Source of the DNA: a virus
Taxonomy: Duplodnaviria > Heunggongvirae > Uroviricota > Caudoviricetes
IMG/VR virus record: IMGVR_UViG_2917855067_000004
Direction: 5' to 3' (one strand)
DNA length: 29,767 nt
Under the pieces are notes generated by a model. That model did not search any database. It was not told the DNA's origin and saw only the letters and a list, made by a program, of their open reading frames with translations. Shown one piece after another: positions 10,050 through 20,044 of this stretch; position 1 is the first letter of the stretch, and the number at the start of each line of letters is the position of its first letter. Both the position numbers and the translations under genes were made by a program.

Positions 10050-10397
10050 TTAACTCAGTGAAACAGTGGTTGAAACTGACGCACCAGTATCGGTACGCAT
10101 CCCGGTAATATCGACATACATTTCGCCAGCGCCGCTGGTCTCAAAGCTGATAGCGGTAAGCCTTATGCGCGGCTCCCACTTCTGGATAGCCGAATAGCAC
10201 GCCACCATAATTTGCAGCCTGAGCGCCGGGTTTTGCGGCATATCAATCAGCGTCGACAGCAGCGAGCCATATTCACGACGCATCACCCGCGAACCGACCG
10301 GCGTCAGCAGTATGTCGCGCATGCTCTGGCTGATGTGCTCAGTGTCGCTGATGCCGAGGCCGGTATTTCGGTTCATACCCTGATAGCGCGCCGTCAT
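10050..10397 (-). CDS. W: Baseplate wedge protein W (gp25-like)
   Basis: 115 aa, same size and position as P2 gpW. Confidence 0.88.
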   Translation of the reverse strand: MTARYQGMNRNTGLGISDTEHISQSMRDILLTPVGSRVMRREYGSLLSTLIDMPQNPALRLQIMVACYSAIQKWEPRIRLTAISFETSGAGEMYVDITGMRTDTGASVSTTVSLS

Positions 10398-11029
10398 AAC
10401 GGAGCCCCCGTTTGCCCGCCGCTGTCGCCGGGGTGTTTATGGAGGTGGAGTACCTTGCCATTAGACGACAGTGACCCGCCGGAATGTTCGACATTGCCTT
10501 TCATCGTGCCGCCCTTTTGCACCTCAAGCGTCGCCGTCGTCAGCTTATTAGTGCAAATCACCTCAGGGGTGTCGAGGGTGATACTGGTCGAGGCTTTCAC
10601 CAGTACCAGCGGCACGGTTGCGGTGATGGACTTCGATGCCGTCACGTCGGCAGTTTTGATGCCGCTGACCGTCAGCGCGCCGGTCTCGGGTTCGTACTCA
10701 ATGACCGCACCATCAGGGAAAACCACATGCCACGCATCCGCCGAGGCAGACGGGGCGGGGTTATCGTCGGAGAAAATACCCGGCAGCACGAAAGCAGTAT
10801 CGAGCTCGCCACCGATTGCCAGCAGCAGAACCTGCTCACCGACCGAGGGAGCCCACCACGTCCGCGAACGACCGGCGCGGGTGGTCAGCCAGTTCAGCCA
10901 TGTAGTCTGGATCCCGCCGCTTTGTACGCGGCACAGCCCCTGCACGGTATCAACCTCAGTCACCACACCTGAGCGGATGAGGTTGCGAATCGCGCGCGCG
11001 AGCTCCTGTATCGTGGATAACGTATTCAT
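10394..11029 (-). CDS. V: Baseplate spike/assembly protein V
   Basis: 211 aa, same size and position as P2 gpV. Confidence 0.85.
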   Translation of the reverse strand: MNTLSTIQELARAIRNLIRSGVVTEVDTVQGLCRVQSGGIQTTWLNWLTTRAGRSRTWWAPSVGEQVLLLAIGGELDTAFVLPGIFSDDNPAPSASADAWHVVFPDGAVIEYEPETGALTVSGIKTADVTASKSITATVPLVLVKASTSITLDTPEVICTNKLTTATLEVQKGGTMKGNVEHSGGSLSSNGKVLHLHKHPGDSGGQTGAPL

Positions 11030-11097
11030 AGTGCAAGGATGCCTCTGGTCTGGAGTCGCGCCAATTCGCGCGGCTCCGGTGGTGGTTCACACAATAT

Positions 11098-11547
11098 TTA
11101 TTTGCCGAGGTGCCTGATAATGACGTCTTCAATCATCTGCTCATCGTCGCGGGTGAAACCGAGTAACGGGCGCGCCTCGTACTGCACATCCCGGCTGTTG
11201 CGGTTTGGTCTGTCTTTGAGCCCGTACTGATGCACCCGCGCCATGCGCTGCACCTTGCCGGTAAACTCCACCACCGCCGCACTGTCGCTGCCTTTGGCTT
11301 TCATAAAGCGACTGGTGCGCAGTTTGGCGAACATTTCACGTTTAATCCGACCTTTCTTGCTCCGCACCGGCTGGCGCTTTCGTGCCGCATACGGGGTGCC
11401 GTCGGGTGCCTGCTGGCGCTTGATGCGCTGTTGCTGACTGGTCCGCAACTTTTTCGCAATCTCAGCCGCCATTTGCCGACGCGCCGCCGGTGACAGGCTG
11501 GCAATCAGACCGGCAAGACGTTCCTGCAGTGCGGTTAACTCACTCAT
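11098..11547 (-). CDS. S: Tail completion protein S
   Basis: 149 aa, position and size match P2 gpS. Confidence 0.8.
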   Translation of the reverse strand: MSELTALQERLAGLIASLSPAARRQMAAEIAKKLRTSQQQRIKRQQAPDGTPYAARKRQPVRSKKGRIKREMFAKLRTSRFMKAKGSDSAAVVEFTGKVQRMARVHQYGLKDRPNRNSRDVQYEARPLLGFTRDDEQMIEDVIIRHLGK

Positions 11548-12016
11548 CCCACTTACTCACCAGTTCGCCGTTAACGTACAGCCCGACCGGGCGCGCCACC
11601 GGCTCTGGCAGCGGCGGTTCAGGGGCATAGCTGACATGCAGCGCACCGTCGACCTCTTTGACGAGCGTGCGCTCGGTGAGTCTCAGGCTGATACTGATAT
11701 CGAGCGAATCGTCGTTATTGATATCAATCATCCAGGTGAATCCTTTCTCACGCCCGTCGTTGGTGGTCATAATGTCCGGCTGATGTTCACGCAGCCACGC
11801 TTGCACTGGCACGAATATCAAATCGAGGTCGCCGGTGAAGTCGGTCACCACCACGTTAAGCACATACACCTTTTCGAACGACAGCGAGTTCGCCAATCGG
11901 GAATCGGTATGGCCGTTGTCGGCAAACAGGCGCAGCATATCGGGGTTGTTTCGGAGCTGCGGCACGGCGTTAATCAGCGCTTTGCGCAGGCTTTTGTGCT
12001 TCTGCATCGAGTTCAT
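11540..12016 (-). CDS. R: Tail completion protein R
   Basis: 158 aa, position and size match P2 gpR. Confidence 0.8.
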   Translation of the reverse strand: MNSMQKHKSLRKALINAVPQLRNNPDMLRLFADNGHTDSRLANSLSFEKVYVLNVVVTDFTGDLDLIFVPVQAWLREHQPDIMTTNDGREKGFTWMIDINNDDSLDISISLRLTERTLVKEVDGALHVSYAPEPPLPEPVARPVGLYVNGELVSKWDE

Positions 12017-12260
12017 CCTGACAGTGTTTGACGGTTTTGACCTGCAGCGCGCAGGCGATCAGCGCGCCCTCAAGGCGGCGGATATCCGCGCTCAGGTCAC
12101 CATTGGTTTTCGGGGCACTTCCCGGCATCGGGCAAAGGCTCACTCTCGGGCATCCGCTGACCACAATCACCGGCGCTGGCGCAGGCGGCGCGGGTGTGCA
12201 GCCGACGCACAACATCAGGTAAAGCAGCGTTATACCAGCGGCGAAAGGCTTCATTTTCAT
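11970..12260 (-). CDS. lysC: LysC-like outer-membrane spanin lipoprotein (Rz1-type), embedded in and extending past lysB
   Basis: 96 aa; signal peptide with lipobox-like LCVGC followed by a proline-rich CTPAPPAPAPV; good Shine-Dalgarno (GAGG, 7 nt) before the ATG at 12258-12260. Confidence 0.7.
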   Translation of the reverse strand: MKMKPFAAGITLLYLMLCVGCTPAPPAPAPVIVVSGCPRVSLCPMPGSAPKTNGDLSADIRRLEGALIACALQVKTVKHCQDELDAEAQKPAQSAD

Positions 12261-12528
12261 TAAGTAACCTCGTTATTGTCTGCTCGCGGCGGTTGGCTTC
12301 CTCGCTGGCCTTTGCGAGCTGTTCACGCAGTGCCACCTGCGCAGACTCATTACGTCTGGCAAGCTGACCGGCAACACTGAGCTGATTTTTCAGCATGCCA
12401 ATCGTCGTCTTTTGTTCGCTCGCGACGCGGTTTGCTGTCTCAAAGGCGCGGGATAAATTGCCGTTCTCATGGCGCAACCACAACATCCCGAGCACAGCCA
12501 GCACCAGAAGTGTAATCAGGATTTTCAT
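12097..12528 (-). CDS. lysB: LysB-like inner-membrane spanin (Rz-type)
   Basis: Start placed at ATG 12526-12528 (MKILITLLVLAVLGMLW..., N-terminal TM then coiled-coil), overlapping the K stop as ATGA. Confidence 0.72.
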   Translation of the reverse strand: MKILITLLVLAVLGMLWLRHENGNLSRAFETANRVASEQKTTIGMLKNQLSVAGQLARRNESAQVALREQLAKASEEANRREQTITRLLNENEAFRRWYNAALPDVVRRLHTRAACASAGDCGQRMPESEPLPDAGKCPENQW

Positions 12529-13022
12529 GCCATTACCCCGCCAGCGGTGCGCCATACGGTGACCAGTTTGTCGAGGCTGTGCTCACGTTGGCCGTAACCG
12601 GCACCCGGTAACGACGCCCAGATATTGCGGCAACGTGAAATTGCCCGCTCAATACGCCCCGCCTTAATATCCTCAATGGCACCGCGCTCGCGGATTAACT
12701 GAATCGCAAGTTTGTCCTGCGACAACGGGCTGAAATCAGGCAATACGAGTTGTTTCTGATAGTGCGGCCAGTAGAGATAAAGCTGCTGGTAACGCCCTGA
12801 TGCCGTGGATTTTTCGCCGCGTCGATTAAACACTTTCGCTGGTCTGCCATGTGCGAAAGGGTGGTCGGTGTAGTCGGTGAAAATTTCCGGCTTGCCATCA
12901 AGGCCAGTGACAATGACGTCGTAACCACGATTTTTCGTCAGCGGATGCGTCGCCGTCCCTTCGGAATAGGCCAGCATGTCCAGAAACGCGGCGATATTCT
13001 GGTGAGTATTAATGACCGGCAT
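12525..13022 (-). CDS. K: Endolysin K (lysozyme)
   Basis: Start moved to ATG 13020-13022; 165 aa MPVINTHQNIAAFLDMLAYSEGTATHPLTKNRGYDVIVTG... matches P2 gpK from memory; the track's 242-aa form starts at TTG. Confidence 0.88.
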   Translation of the reverse strand: MPVINTHQNIAAFLDMLAYSEGTATHPLTKNRGYDVIVTGLDGKPEIFTDYTDHPFAHGRPAKVFNRRGEKSTASGRYQQLYLYWPHYQKQLVLPDFSPLSQDKLAIQLIRERGAIEDIKAGRIERAISRCRNIWASLPGAGYGQREHSLDKLVTVWRTAGGVMA

Positions 13023-13305
13023 CGCTATCCCCCTGCTGTGACTTAAAGCGGCGCTGAATGGCGATTTCCACCACCTGATAACCTGCAATGCCGAGCATGG
13101 ATCCAATCCCACAAACGGCAGGCAGTGACATATCTGGAAACTGCACCAGAACAACACCTGCGACCATTGAAACAAAACCGCCGAGCAGCATGCGGCCGAT
13201 AAACAGGCGCGGGGTAATGGGCTCACCACCCGCCAGCACTTTTCCGACAACAATCATCACGCCAATCACAAACAGTGACAGGACGCCTTTTTCCCCTTCT
13301 GTCAT
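13009..13305 (-). CDS. Y: Holin Y
   Basis: 98 aa with hydrophobic TM segments, MTEGEKGVLSLFVIGVMIVVGKVLAGGEPITPRLFIGRMLLGG... matches P2 gpY from memory. Confidence 0.85.
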   Translation of the reverse strand: MTEGEKGVLSLFVIGVMIVVGKVLAGGEPITPRLFIGRMLLGGFVSMVAGVVLVQFPDMSLPAVCGIGSMLGIAGYQVVEIAIQRRFKSQQGDSDAGH

Positions 13306-13308
13306 GGT

Positions 13309-13512
13309 TTACTCCCAAAGGTTGATAGTTTCTGTTACGGGTGACGATGCCACGTCGGGCAAGTCAATCTCCGTGCCATGCGGCAGAATGACGCCCAGCT
13401 CAGACAGACCGGAATTAGCCTGCAGCACCGTCTCGACCACGTTCTCAGTGCGCCCGTAATACCGGGCGCAAAGCGCGTCGAGGGTGTCGCCCTGCATCGC
13501 GTAGACTTTCAT
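13309..13512 (-). CDS. X: Tail protein X
   Basis: 67 aa, same size and position as P2 gpX. Confidence 0.85.
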   Translation of the reverse strand: MKVYAMQGDTLDALCARYYGRTENVVETVLQANSGLSELGVILPHGTEIDLPDVASSPVTETINLWE

Positions 13513-14021
13513 CAGAGCTGACCCACGATGCAGCGCGGCTTATCCTGCAGGCGCGAGACCGACCAGCGCATATCCCGCCACAGGTCATCAATGGTGGTTT
13601 CGACGCTGTCGGCTTTTTTGTCACCCTTGCCGGTGGCCTCAACCCCGCGATAACGCTCATACAGGGTGGCGGTCGCCATCGCCGTCACGGCGCTGAGGTA
13701 GTGGAAAATGCGCACATTCTCGCCGTCGATTTCCTCGGTGTCAGGCACCTCGGCCAGTGTCTTAAACCCTGCGGCAATCTGGCGCAGCCGGTAGTCGTAA
13801 AGCTCCGCATTGGTTTCCGCCATGCCGGTCTTGATGGCGTTACGCAGGCGCGCATCGGAAACCGTCTGCTCAAGGCGCATCAGTTCGCGCACCCGCTTCG
13901 GATCCACATCAGGGAAAAAGAACGTGTTTTTAATCACTGCGTCGCCCGTCTCCGGTGCGGGAATCACCACGCCCGGTACGTCCTGCGGTTCGTCGGGCTG
14001 ATTCAGTATTACTGTCGTCAT
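13512..14021 (-). CDS. L: Head completion/stabilisation protein L
   Basis: 169 aa, same size and position as P2 gpL. Confidence 0.85.
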   Translation of the reverse strand: MTTVILNQPDEPQDVPGVVIPAPETGDAVIKNTFFFPDVDPKRVRELMRLEQTVSDARLRNAIKTGMAETNAELYDYRLRQIAAGFKTLAEVPDTEEIDGENVRIFHYLSAVTAMATATLYERYRGVEATGKGDKKADSVETTIDDLWRDMRWSVSRLQDKPRCIVGQL

Positions 14022-14114
14022 GACAACCTCATTAGGTTGGGCGGTGGACGCCGGTCGCCGTCAGGGTCAAAACCCGCTTTGACCGGCGTGCCGCCCGGCT
14101 CGGGGAGCGTTTAG

Positions 14115-14864
14115 TTAACCGGCGGTTTTTACCGCCTTTGGTGGACGCCCGCGCTTTGCCGCCGGTTTGGTGGCAGGTTTGCGCGTGCGCGGTTTAGTCG
14201 TTTTACGGGGCGTGGCATCGGGCTTAGGCTTCAATGCCCGCTCCAGTCGCTCAATCTCTTTGCGCACACCGGCATTGCGGTCGAGCTGCATCGCGCGCTG
14301 AAACTGCGCCAGCGCTTCGGCACTCTGACCGGCATCTCGCAGGGTCAGGCCGGTCACCTTATGCAGGCGGGCGCGCACCATATCGGGAACGTCAGCGGTG
14401 TCGGTCAGGCTGAGGGTGGTCAGCAGTAATGCGAGGTCGACAGGCTCACCGGCATCGCGCAGGCGCAGCGCGGCAAGCGCCACTTCTTCAACCAGCATGT
14501 AAGGTGTGGTGCGACGATGGTCTGAGGTGAGGCCGTATTTCAGCGCGTAGGGCGCAATCTCCAGCGCGCCAGCGATATCACCAGCATCGAGACGCCACAG
14601 CATGACGGTCATCAGAATGTCATCCTGCGCGCCACGGCCATCAGCCAGCACACCGGCAACCCACGGCGCATAGAACGGCAGCAGTTCGCGCTTTTTCGCG
14701 GCTTTCAGTTCGTTTGAACGGATGGTTTTTAACGTGCGGCGGTCATCGGCCAGCTTTACCAGCATCTGCTCATAGGCGGTTGCATGGCGCAGCGGGGCTT
14801 GTTCCCGCTGCGCGGCTTGAGAGGCCGAGACCCGCATCATGTGACGCTGTGCGGGGCTCGTCAT
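14115..14864 (-). CDS. M: Terminase endonuclease (small) subunit M
   Basis: Start moved to ATG 14862-14864 (MTSPAQRHMMRV...) with a GGAGAG Shine-Dalgarno, 5 nt after the N stop; 249 aa, close to P2 gpM. Confidence 0.85.
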   Translation of the reverse strand: MTSPAQRHMMRVSASQAAQREQAPLRHATAYEQMLVKLADDRRTLKTIRSNELKAAKKRELLPFYAPWVAGVLADGRGAQDDILMTVMLWRLDAGDIAGALEIAPYALKYGLTSDHRRTTPYMLVEEVALAALRLRDAGEPVDLALLLTTLSLTDTADVPDMVRARLHKVTGLTLRDAGQSAEALAQFQRAMQLDRNAGVRKEIERLERALKPKPDATPRKTTKPRTRKPATKPAAKRGRPPKAVKTAG

Positions 14865-14868
14865 GGGC

Positions 14869-15936
14869 TTACTCTCCGCTTTCCGGTGTTTTTGGTGCGG
14901 TGAAATCGCCCAGGGTGATGTTTTCCAGCAGACACCCGGCGGCATATGCCTCGACCACATAGTCGATATTCATCGACTCGTAGTTTTCCACGCGGTCTTT
15001 TTTCGGGTTCTCATCAATGCTGCGGCGGTGGCTCTCATCCATGAAGTAGACAGAGAGGTTTTCCAGCGTGGTCACGAATACCGCATTCGCCGGGAAATAC
15101 GGCACACGCACGGCAGGCAGGTTGCCGATGCGCTTCTGGCTGATGATGATATCCGCCGCGAGCGACTCGGTGTTTTCCTGCTGCTTGTTCACCAGCGGGA
15201 AATATTTGTCGGCCAGCAGCTTACGGCCAACGATAGCAACGAGTTTCGGGTCATCCTGATAAATCTCGTCAATCAGGGTGTTGGTACCGTCCATCACCAG
15301 AGCGTCGAGGTTCTCATAGTCGCCATTCTTACCGACGCGAATCACGTCAGAAATAACGCTACCGCCCTCAGCGGTGATTTTGCTCATCACGCGCGCCGGG
15401 GCTTCGTTGCGGTATTTCTGCAGCCAGCCTACGGCCACATCCTGCAGCATCGGGTTTTTGCTGCGGTCAGAGGTGTCAGCACGGGTGGTACCGTTGAACC
15501 CGGCCATGATGAAATCGAGCGCCTGACGCTGGACAATAGCGTCGCGAATACGGCGCTGGAAGTCCTGGAAACGCGCCCACAGGTCAAGGCGTTTATAGGT
15601 CAGGTGGAAGTCAAAGTTAATCTGGTTGCACTCGTACTTGTTGGACTCAAGCGCGGTGAAATCTGCGGTCTGGCGCTCCTTGTCACCTGAGGTGTCGGTC
15701 GTGCTGGCGATGGTGCCGGTCACACCGACGCCGATTTTCTCGCCCTTCATTTCTGCGACCGGCAGAATGTTAATCATCTGCAGAAATGCGGATGACGCCT
15801 GTACGGTGTTCATCAGCGTTTGCGTGACGGACGGCTCAACGGTGAATTTCTTGCTGACATCATCAACGCTGATGCCGTTCAGTTTGGCGAGCTGGGTCAG
15901 ATAGGCATTGAACTTAAAACGGGTTTCCTGACGCAT
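14869..15936 (-). CDS. N: Major capsid protein N
   Basis: 355 aa; size and position match P2 gpN. Confidence 0.95.
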   Translation of the reverse strand: MRQETRFKFNAYLTQLAKLNGISVDDVSKKFTVEPSVTQTLMNTVQASSAFLQMINILPVAEMKGEKIGVGVTGTIASTTDTSGDKERQTADFTALESNKYECNQINFDFHLTYKRLDLWARFQDFQRRIRDAIVQRQALDFIMAGFNGTTRADTSDRSKNPMLQDVAVGWLQKYRNEAPARVMSKITAEGGSVISDVIRVGKNGDYENLDALVMDGTNTLIDEIYQDDPKLVAIVGRKLLADKYFPLVNKQQENTESLAADIIISQKRIGNLPAVRVPYFPANAVFVTTLENLSVYFMDESHRRSIDENPKKDRVENYESMNIDYVVEAYAAGCLLENITLGDFTAPKTPESGE

Positions 15937-16011
15937 AGTATTTCCTGTTTAAATTAATCGGTTAGTCACAGCATTGGGCGGGGTTACCGCCCGGTTTCGG
16001 TCTGCGGTTTA

Positions 16012-16866
16012 TCAGCAGTCAGTCAGCAGCTCATCGCCACCACCGCCGCTGGCTTTCGTGCGTCGCGGCTGGCTGAAACTTTCTGTTTTGTCGAGGGTGG
16101 TTTTCAGGGCGGAAAATGCCTGGCTGGTTTCTTCAACCTTGCCGGTCAGTTCCTGTTTGAAAGTGGCAAACGCGGTTTCCATAGCGGAAAGACGCTCGTC
16201 CTGTTTGGTCAGGTTAGTCTGCACATGTTCGCTGACGGTGGTCACCGCTTCATGCACATCGTTCAGGCGTGCATCGTCGCTGACCTGCTTACGGCTGAAA
16301 ATGGCTTTCACCTTATCGGCCAGGCTGTTGAGTACCGTGTCGGGAACGTCTTCAAATTCCAGCTCGGCCAGCGTGGCGGCGGAAAAGACGTTTTCAGGGT
16401 TGGCCTTAAAGCGCTGCAGCGGGTTGTGCTTCGCGTTGCGGCAGAATTCGAGGTATTCAGTGCCGAGGCTCGCCGGGTCATCGGTGACCGCAAGGCCGAC
16501 GAGGTAGCATTTGCCGGTATTGGCAAAATTCGGCTGAATTTCCATTGAGGTGTAGACCTTCTGCGCGGCTTTATTCATCGCGATAAGGTCATCGGTCGGG
16601 GTGATTTTAGCGAACAACGCCCATTTGCCGTTAAGCGCAGAATCGTCGTCAATCTTCTCGGCTTTCAGTTCGACCACATCGCCATAACGCTTGAATACGC
16701 CATCGGGCAGCAGGCCGCGCAGGTGTTCAAGGTTGATACGGCAACCGTAGACGCGCGGGTCATAGGTTTCGGCCATTTCCTGAATATCGCTGGCGCTGAT
16801 AATGCGCCCGTCGCAGGTATCACCCTCGACGCCGATGCGAAAGAACTTTGAGACTTTTTTTGCCAT
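16012..16866 (-). CDS. O: Capsid scaffold protein O
   Basis: 284 aa, same size as P2 gpO; divergent from P. Confidence 0.9.
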   Translation of the reverse strand: MAKKVSKFFRIGVEGDTCDGRIISASDIQEMAETYDPRVYGCRINLEHLRGLLPDGVFKRYGDVVELKAEKIDDDSALNGKWALFAKITPTDDLIAMNKAAQKVYTSMEIQPNFANTGKCYLVGLAVTDDPASLGTEYLEFCRNAKHNPLQRFKANPENVFSAATLAELEFEDVPDTVLNSLADKVKAIFSRKQVSDDARLNDVHEAVTTVSEHVQTNLTKQDERLSAMETAFATFKQELTGKVEETSQAFSALKTTLDKTESFSQPRRTKASGGGGDELLTDC

Positions 16867-17031
16867 TGTCAGGAGTCCTGAGGTTGGGGTTACTGGTCAC
16901 CGCCAGTTTCCAGACTCAGGACACGCCAGACCACCAATGACGACTGGACAACCGCCCACACAACAGCACCTTAGCGAATCACTGACGGCCATTAAGTAGC
17001 CTTGCCCTGAATCCACTAAGGCGAGGCATCA

Positions 17032-18801
17032 ATGACCATTTCCACCGATACAACCTTGTTGCATGACCCGCGACGGCAGGCATCGCTGCTTTACTGGCAG
17101 GGTTTTTCCGTGCCACAGATTGCCGAAATGCTGCAGGTCAAGCGCCCGACAGTGCAGAGCTGGAAGCAGCGCGACGGCTGGGACGGCATCGCACCGATTT
17201 CCCGCGTCGAAAGCAGCCTTGAGGCCAGGCTGATTCAGCTCATCGCCAAGCCGCAAAAGTCAGGCGGCGACTTCAAAGAGATTGACCTGCTCGGGCGGCA
17301 GATTGAGCGACTGGCGCGCGTTAACCGCTACAGCCAGACCGGCAACGAGGCCGACCTTAATCCCAATATCGCCAACCGCAACAAGGGCGAGCGCAAGAAG
17401 CCAAAAAAGAACTTTTTCAGCGACGAGGCTATCGAGAAACTGGAGGAACTATTTTTCGACCAGTCTTTCGAGTACCAGTTGCAGTGGTACCGTGCAGGAC
17501 TGGCGCACCGTATTCGCGATATTCTCAAATCCCGTCAGATTGGCGCGACGTTCTATTTCTCCCGCGAGGCGCTGCTGCGCGCGCTCAAGACCGGCCACAA
17601 CCAGATATTTCTGTCGGCCAGTAAAACGCAGGCTTACGTGTTCCGTGAATACATCATCCAGTTTGCGCGACTGGTCGACGTCGACCTGACCGGTGACCCG
17701 ATTGTCATCGGCAACAACGGTGCAAAGCTGATTTTTCTCGGTACCAATTCCAACACCGCGCAGAGCCATAATGGCGACCTGTATGTCGATGAAATATTCT
17801 GGATCCCGAATTTTCAGAAGCTGCGCAAAGTCGCGTCGGGCATGGCCTCGCAAAAGCACCTGCGCTCGACCTACTTTTCGACACCATCAACACTGGCGCA
17901 CGGCGCTTACCCCTTCTGGTCTGGCGAGCTGTTCAACAAGGGGCGCAGCCGTATTGCCGACCGCATCGAAATCGACATCAGCCACAGCGCGCTCGCCGGT
18001 GGTCAGCTCTGCGACGATGGCCAGTGGCGGCAGATTGTCACCATTGAGGATGCCCTTGCCGGTGGCTGCACCCTGTTCGACCTCGACCAGCTCAAACGCG
18101 AAAACAGTGATGAGGACTTTAAAAACCTGTTTATGTGCGAGTTTGTCGACGATAAAGCGTCGGTATTCCCGTTCGAGGAGCTGCAGCGCTGCATGGTCGA
18201 CGTGATGGAGGAATGGGAGGACTTTGCCCCGTTCGCCGACCATCCGTTCGGCTCGCGCCCGGTCTGGATTGGCTACGACCCGTCACACACCGGCGACAGT
18301 GCCGGGTGCGTCGTTCTCGCGCCGCCGGTGGTCTCGGGTGGCAAGTTCCGCATGCTGGAGCGCCACCAGTGGAAAGGCATGGACTTTGCCGCTCAGGCTG
18401 AGGGCATCCGTAAGCTGACCGAAAAATACAACGTCGAATACATCGGCATTGACGCAACCGGCCTCGGTCTCGGCGTGTTCCAGTTGGTGCGCTCGTTCTA
18501 CCCGGCGGCACGCGGCATCCGTTACACCCCCGAAATGAAAACCGCGATGGTGCTCAAGGCAAAAGACACCATTCGCCGTGGTTGTCTGGAGTACGACGCC
18601 GGGGCGACCGACGTCACGCAGTCGTTTATGTCCATCCGCAAAACCATGACCAGCAGCGGGCGCAGCGCCACCTACGAGGCCAGCCGCACCGAGGAAGCCA
18701 GTCACGCCGATATCGCATGGGCGACCATGCACGCCCTGTTAAACGAACCTCTTTCCGCCGGTAGCGGCATGCAGCCTAAATCTATTCTGGAGTTCAACTA
18801 A
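17032..18801 (+). CDS. P: Terminase ATPase (large) subunit P
   Basis: 589 aa; divergent from O as in P2; size matches gpP. Confidence 0.95.
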   Translation: MTISTDTTLLHDPRRQASLLYWQGFSVPQIAEMLQVKRPTVQSWKQRDGWDGIAPISRVESSLEARLIQLIAKPQKSGGDFKEIDLLGRQIERLARVNRYSQTGNEADLNPNIANRNKGERKKPKKNFFSDEAIEKLEELFFDQSFEYQLQWYRAGLAHRIRDILKSRQIGATFYFSREALLRALKTGHNQIFLSASKTQAYVFREYIIQFARLVDVDLTGDPIVIGNNGAKLIFLGTNSNTAQSHNGDLYVDEIFWIPNFQKLRKVASGMASQKHLRSTYFSTPSTLAHGAYPFWSGELFNKGRSRIADRIEIDISHSALAGGQLCDDGQWRQIVTIEDALAGGCTLFDLDQLKRENSDEDFKNLFMCEFVDDKASVFPFEELQRCMVDVMEEWEDFAPFADHPFGSRPVWIGYDPSHTGDSAGCVVLAPPVVSGGKFRMLERHQWKGMDFAAQAEGIRKLTEKYNVEYIGIDATGLGLGVFQLVRSFYPAARGIRYTPEMKTAMVLKAKDTIRRGCLEYDAGATDVTQSFMSIRKTMTSSGRSATYEASRTEEASHADIAWATMHALLNEPLSAGSGMQPKSILEFN

Positions 18802-18802
18802 A

Positions 18803-19849
18803 ATGGGTAAACAAAAATCCCGCAAAGTCGCTGCGCAGAAGGCCAGCAAGCCACAACAACTGACCGCCAGCGCACCGCCAAAAACAACTGCTTTTACCTT
18901 CGGCGAGCCGGTGCCGGTGCTCGATAAGCGCGATATTCTGGATTACGTCGAGTGCATCAGTAACGGCAAATGGTACGAGCCGCCGGTCAGCTTCTCCGGG
19001 CTGGCAAAGAGTCTGCGCTCTGCTGTACATCACAGCTCGCCGATTTACGTTAAGCGCAACGTGCTCGCGAGCACCTACATCCCGCACCCACTGCTGTCCC
19101 GTCAGGATTTCAGCCGCTTTGCGCTCGACTATCTCGTATTTGGCAACGCCTTTCTTGAGCAGCGCCACAGCGTTACCGGTCAGTTAATCAAACTGCTGGC
19201 CTCACCGGCCAAATACACCCGGCGCGGGATCGACGATTCGATTTTCTGGTTTGTGGAAAACTTCACTCTGCCGCATGAGTTCGCGCCTGATACCGTATTT
19301 CACCTGCTGGAGCCCGACATTAACCAGGAGATTTACGGTCTGCCCGAATATCTCAGCGCGCTTAATTCCGCCTGGCTGAATGAATCCGCGACGCTGTTCC
19401 GTCGCAAGTATTATCAGAACGGCGCGCACGCGGGTTACATCATGTATGTGACCGACCCGGCGCAGAGCGCGACCGACGTCGAATCGCTGCGCGAGGCGAT
19501 GCGCAACTCAAAAGGGCTCGGCAACTTTAAGAACCTGTTTTTCTACGCACCCGGCGGAAAACCGGACGGCATCAAAATCGTGCCGCTGAGCGAGGTCGCC
19601 ACAAAGGATGACTTTTTCAACATTAAAAAAGCCAGCGCTGCCGACCTGATGGACGCGCACCGCGTGCCGTTCCAGCTCATGGGCGGCAAGCCCGAGAATA
19701 TCGGTTCACTCGGTGACGTTGAGAAGGTGGCAAAGGTATTTGTGCGTAACGAGCTGTCACCCCTGCAGGACAGGTTCAGGGAGGTAAACGACTGGCTCGG
19801 CATGGAGGTCATCAGGTTCAAAGAGTACACCCTCGACAACCCGGAATAA
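18803..19849 (+). CDS. Q: Portal protein Q
   Basis: 348 aa immediately after P and adjacent to cos, as in P2. Confidence 0.9.
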   Translation: MGKQKSRKVAAQKASKPQQLTASAPPKTTAFTFGEPVPVLDKRDILDYVECISNGKWYEPPVSFSGLAKSLRSAVHHSSPIYVKRNVLASTYIPHPLLSRQDFSRFALDYLVFGNAFLEQRHSVTGQLIKLLASPAKYTRRGIDDSIFWFVENFTLPHEFAPDTVFHLLEPDINQEIYGLPEYLSALNSAWLNESATLFRRKYYQNGAHAGYIMYVTDPAQSATDVESLREAMRNSKGLGNFKNLFFYAPGGKPDGIKIVPLSEVATKDDFFNIKKASAADLMDAHRVPFQLMGGKPENIGSLGDVEKVAKVFVRNELSPLQDRFREVNDWLGMEVIRFKEYTLDNPE

Positions 19850-19857
19850 TCCCCCTC

Positions 19858-19881
19858 AAGCCGCCAGCATGGCGGCTTTTT
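19858..19881 (+). terminator. Intrinsic terminator after Q
   Basis: Hairpin AAGCCGCC-AGCAT-GGCGGCTT followed by TTTTT. Confidence 0.6.
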
Positions 19882-20025
19882 CATACCCCGCCACCATCAC
19901 GCCTCAGACGCGCCACGCGCGCACGACCACACAAGACCACCTACGAACCGACAGCATCCACTACAGCGCCATCACGACGCGCTCAGACGATAATTTTTAT
20001 TATTACGCACCACCGCTGGCGCGCA

Positions 20026-20044
20026 ATGCTTTCCCCGCCACGCC
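20026..20044. other. cos site (19-nt cohesive-end sequence of P2/186 type)
   Basis: The reverse complement reads GGCGTGGCGGGGAAAGCAT, which matches the 186 cohesive end as I remember it (P2 differs at 2 positions); it sits downstream of Q as expected. Confidence 0.75.

Noticed and set aside
7019-11097. Ogr-dependent late promoter elements (TGT-N12-ACA) upstream of FI, V and O/P
   Set aside because: I could not find convincing matches by eye in the expected intergenic regions; the promoters are probably present but cannot be placed without a proper motif scan.
12525-14960. Longer ORF-track forms of endolysin K (242 aa) and terminase subunit M (281 aa)
   Set aside because: Both begin at non-ATG or upstream codons that overlap neighbouring genes; internal ATGs with Shine-Dalgarno sequences give products matching the expected P2 protein lengths.
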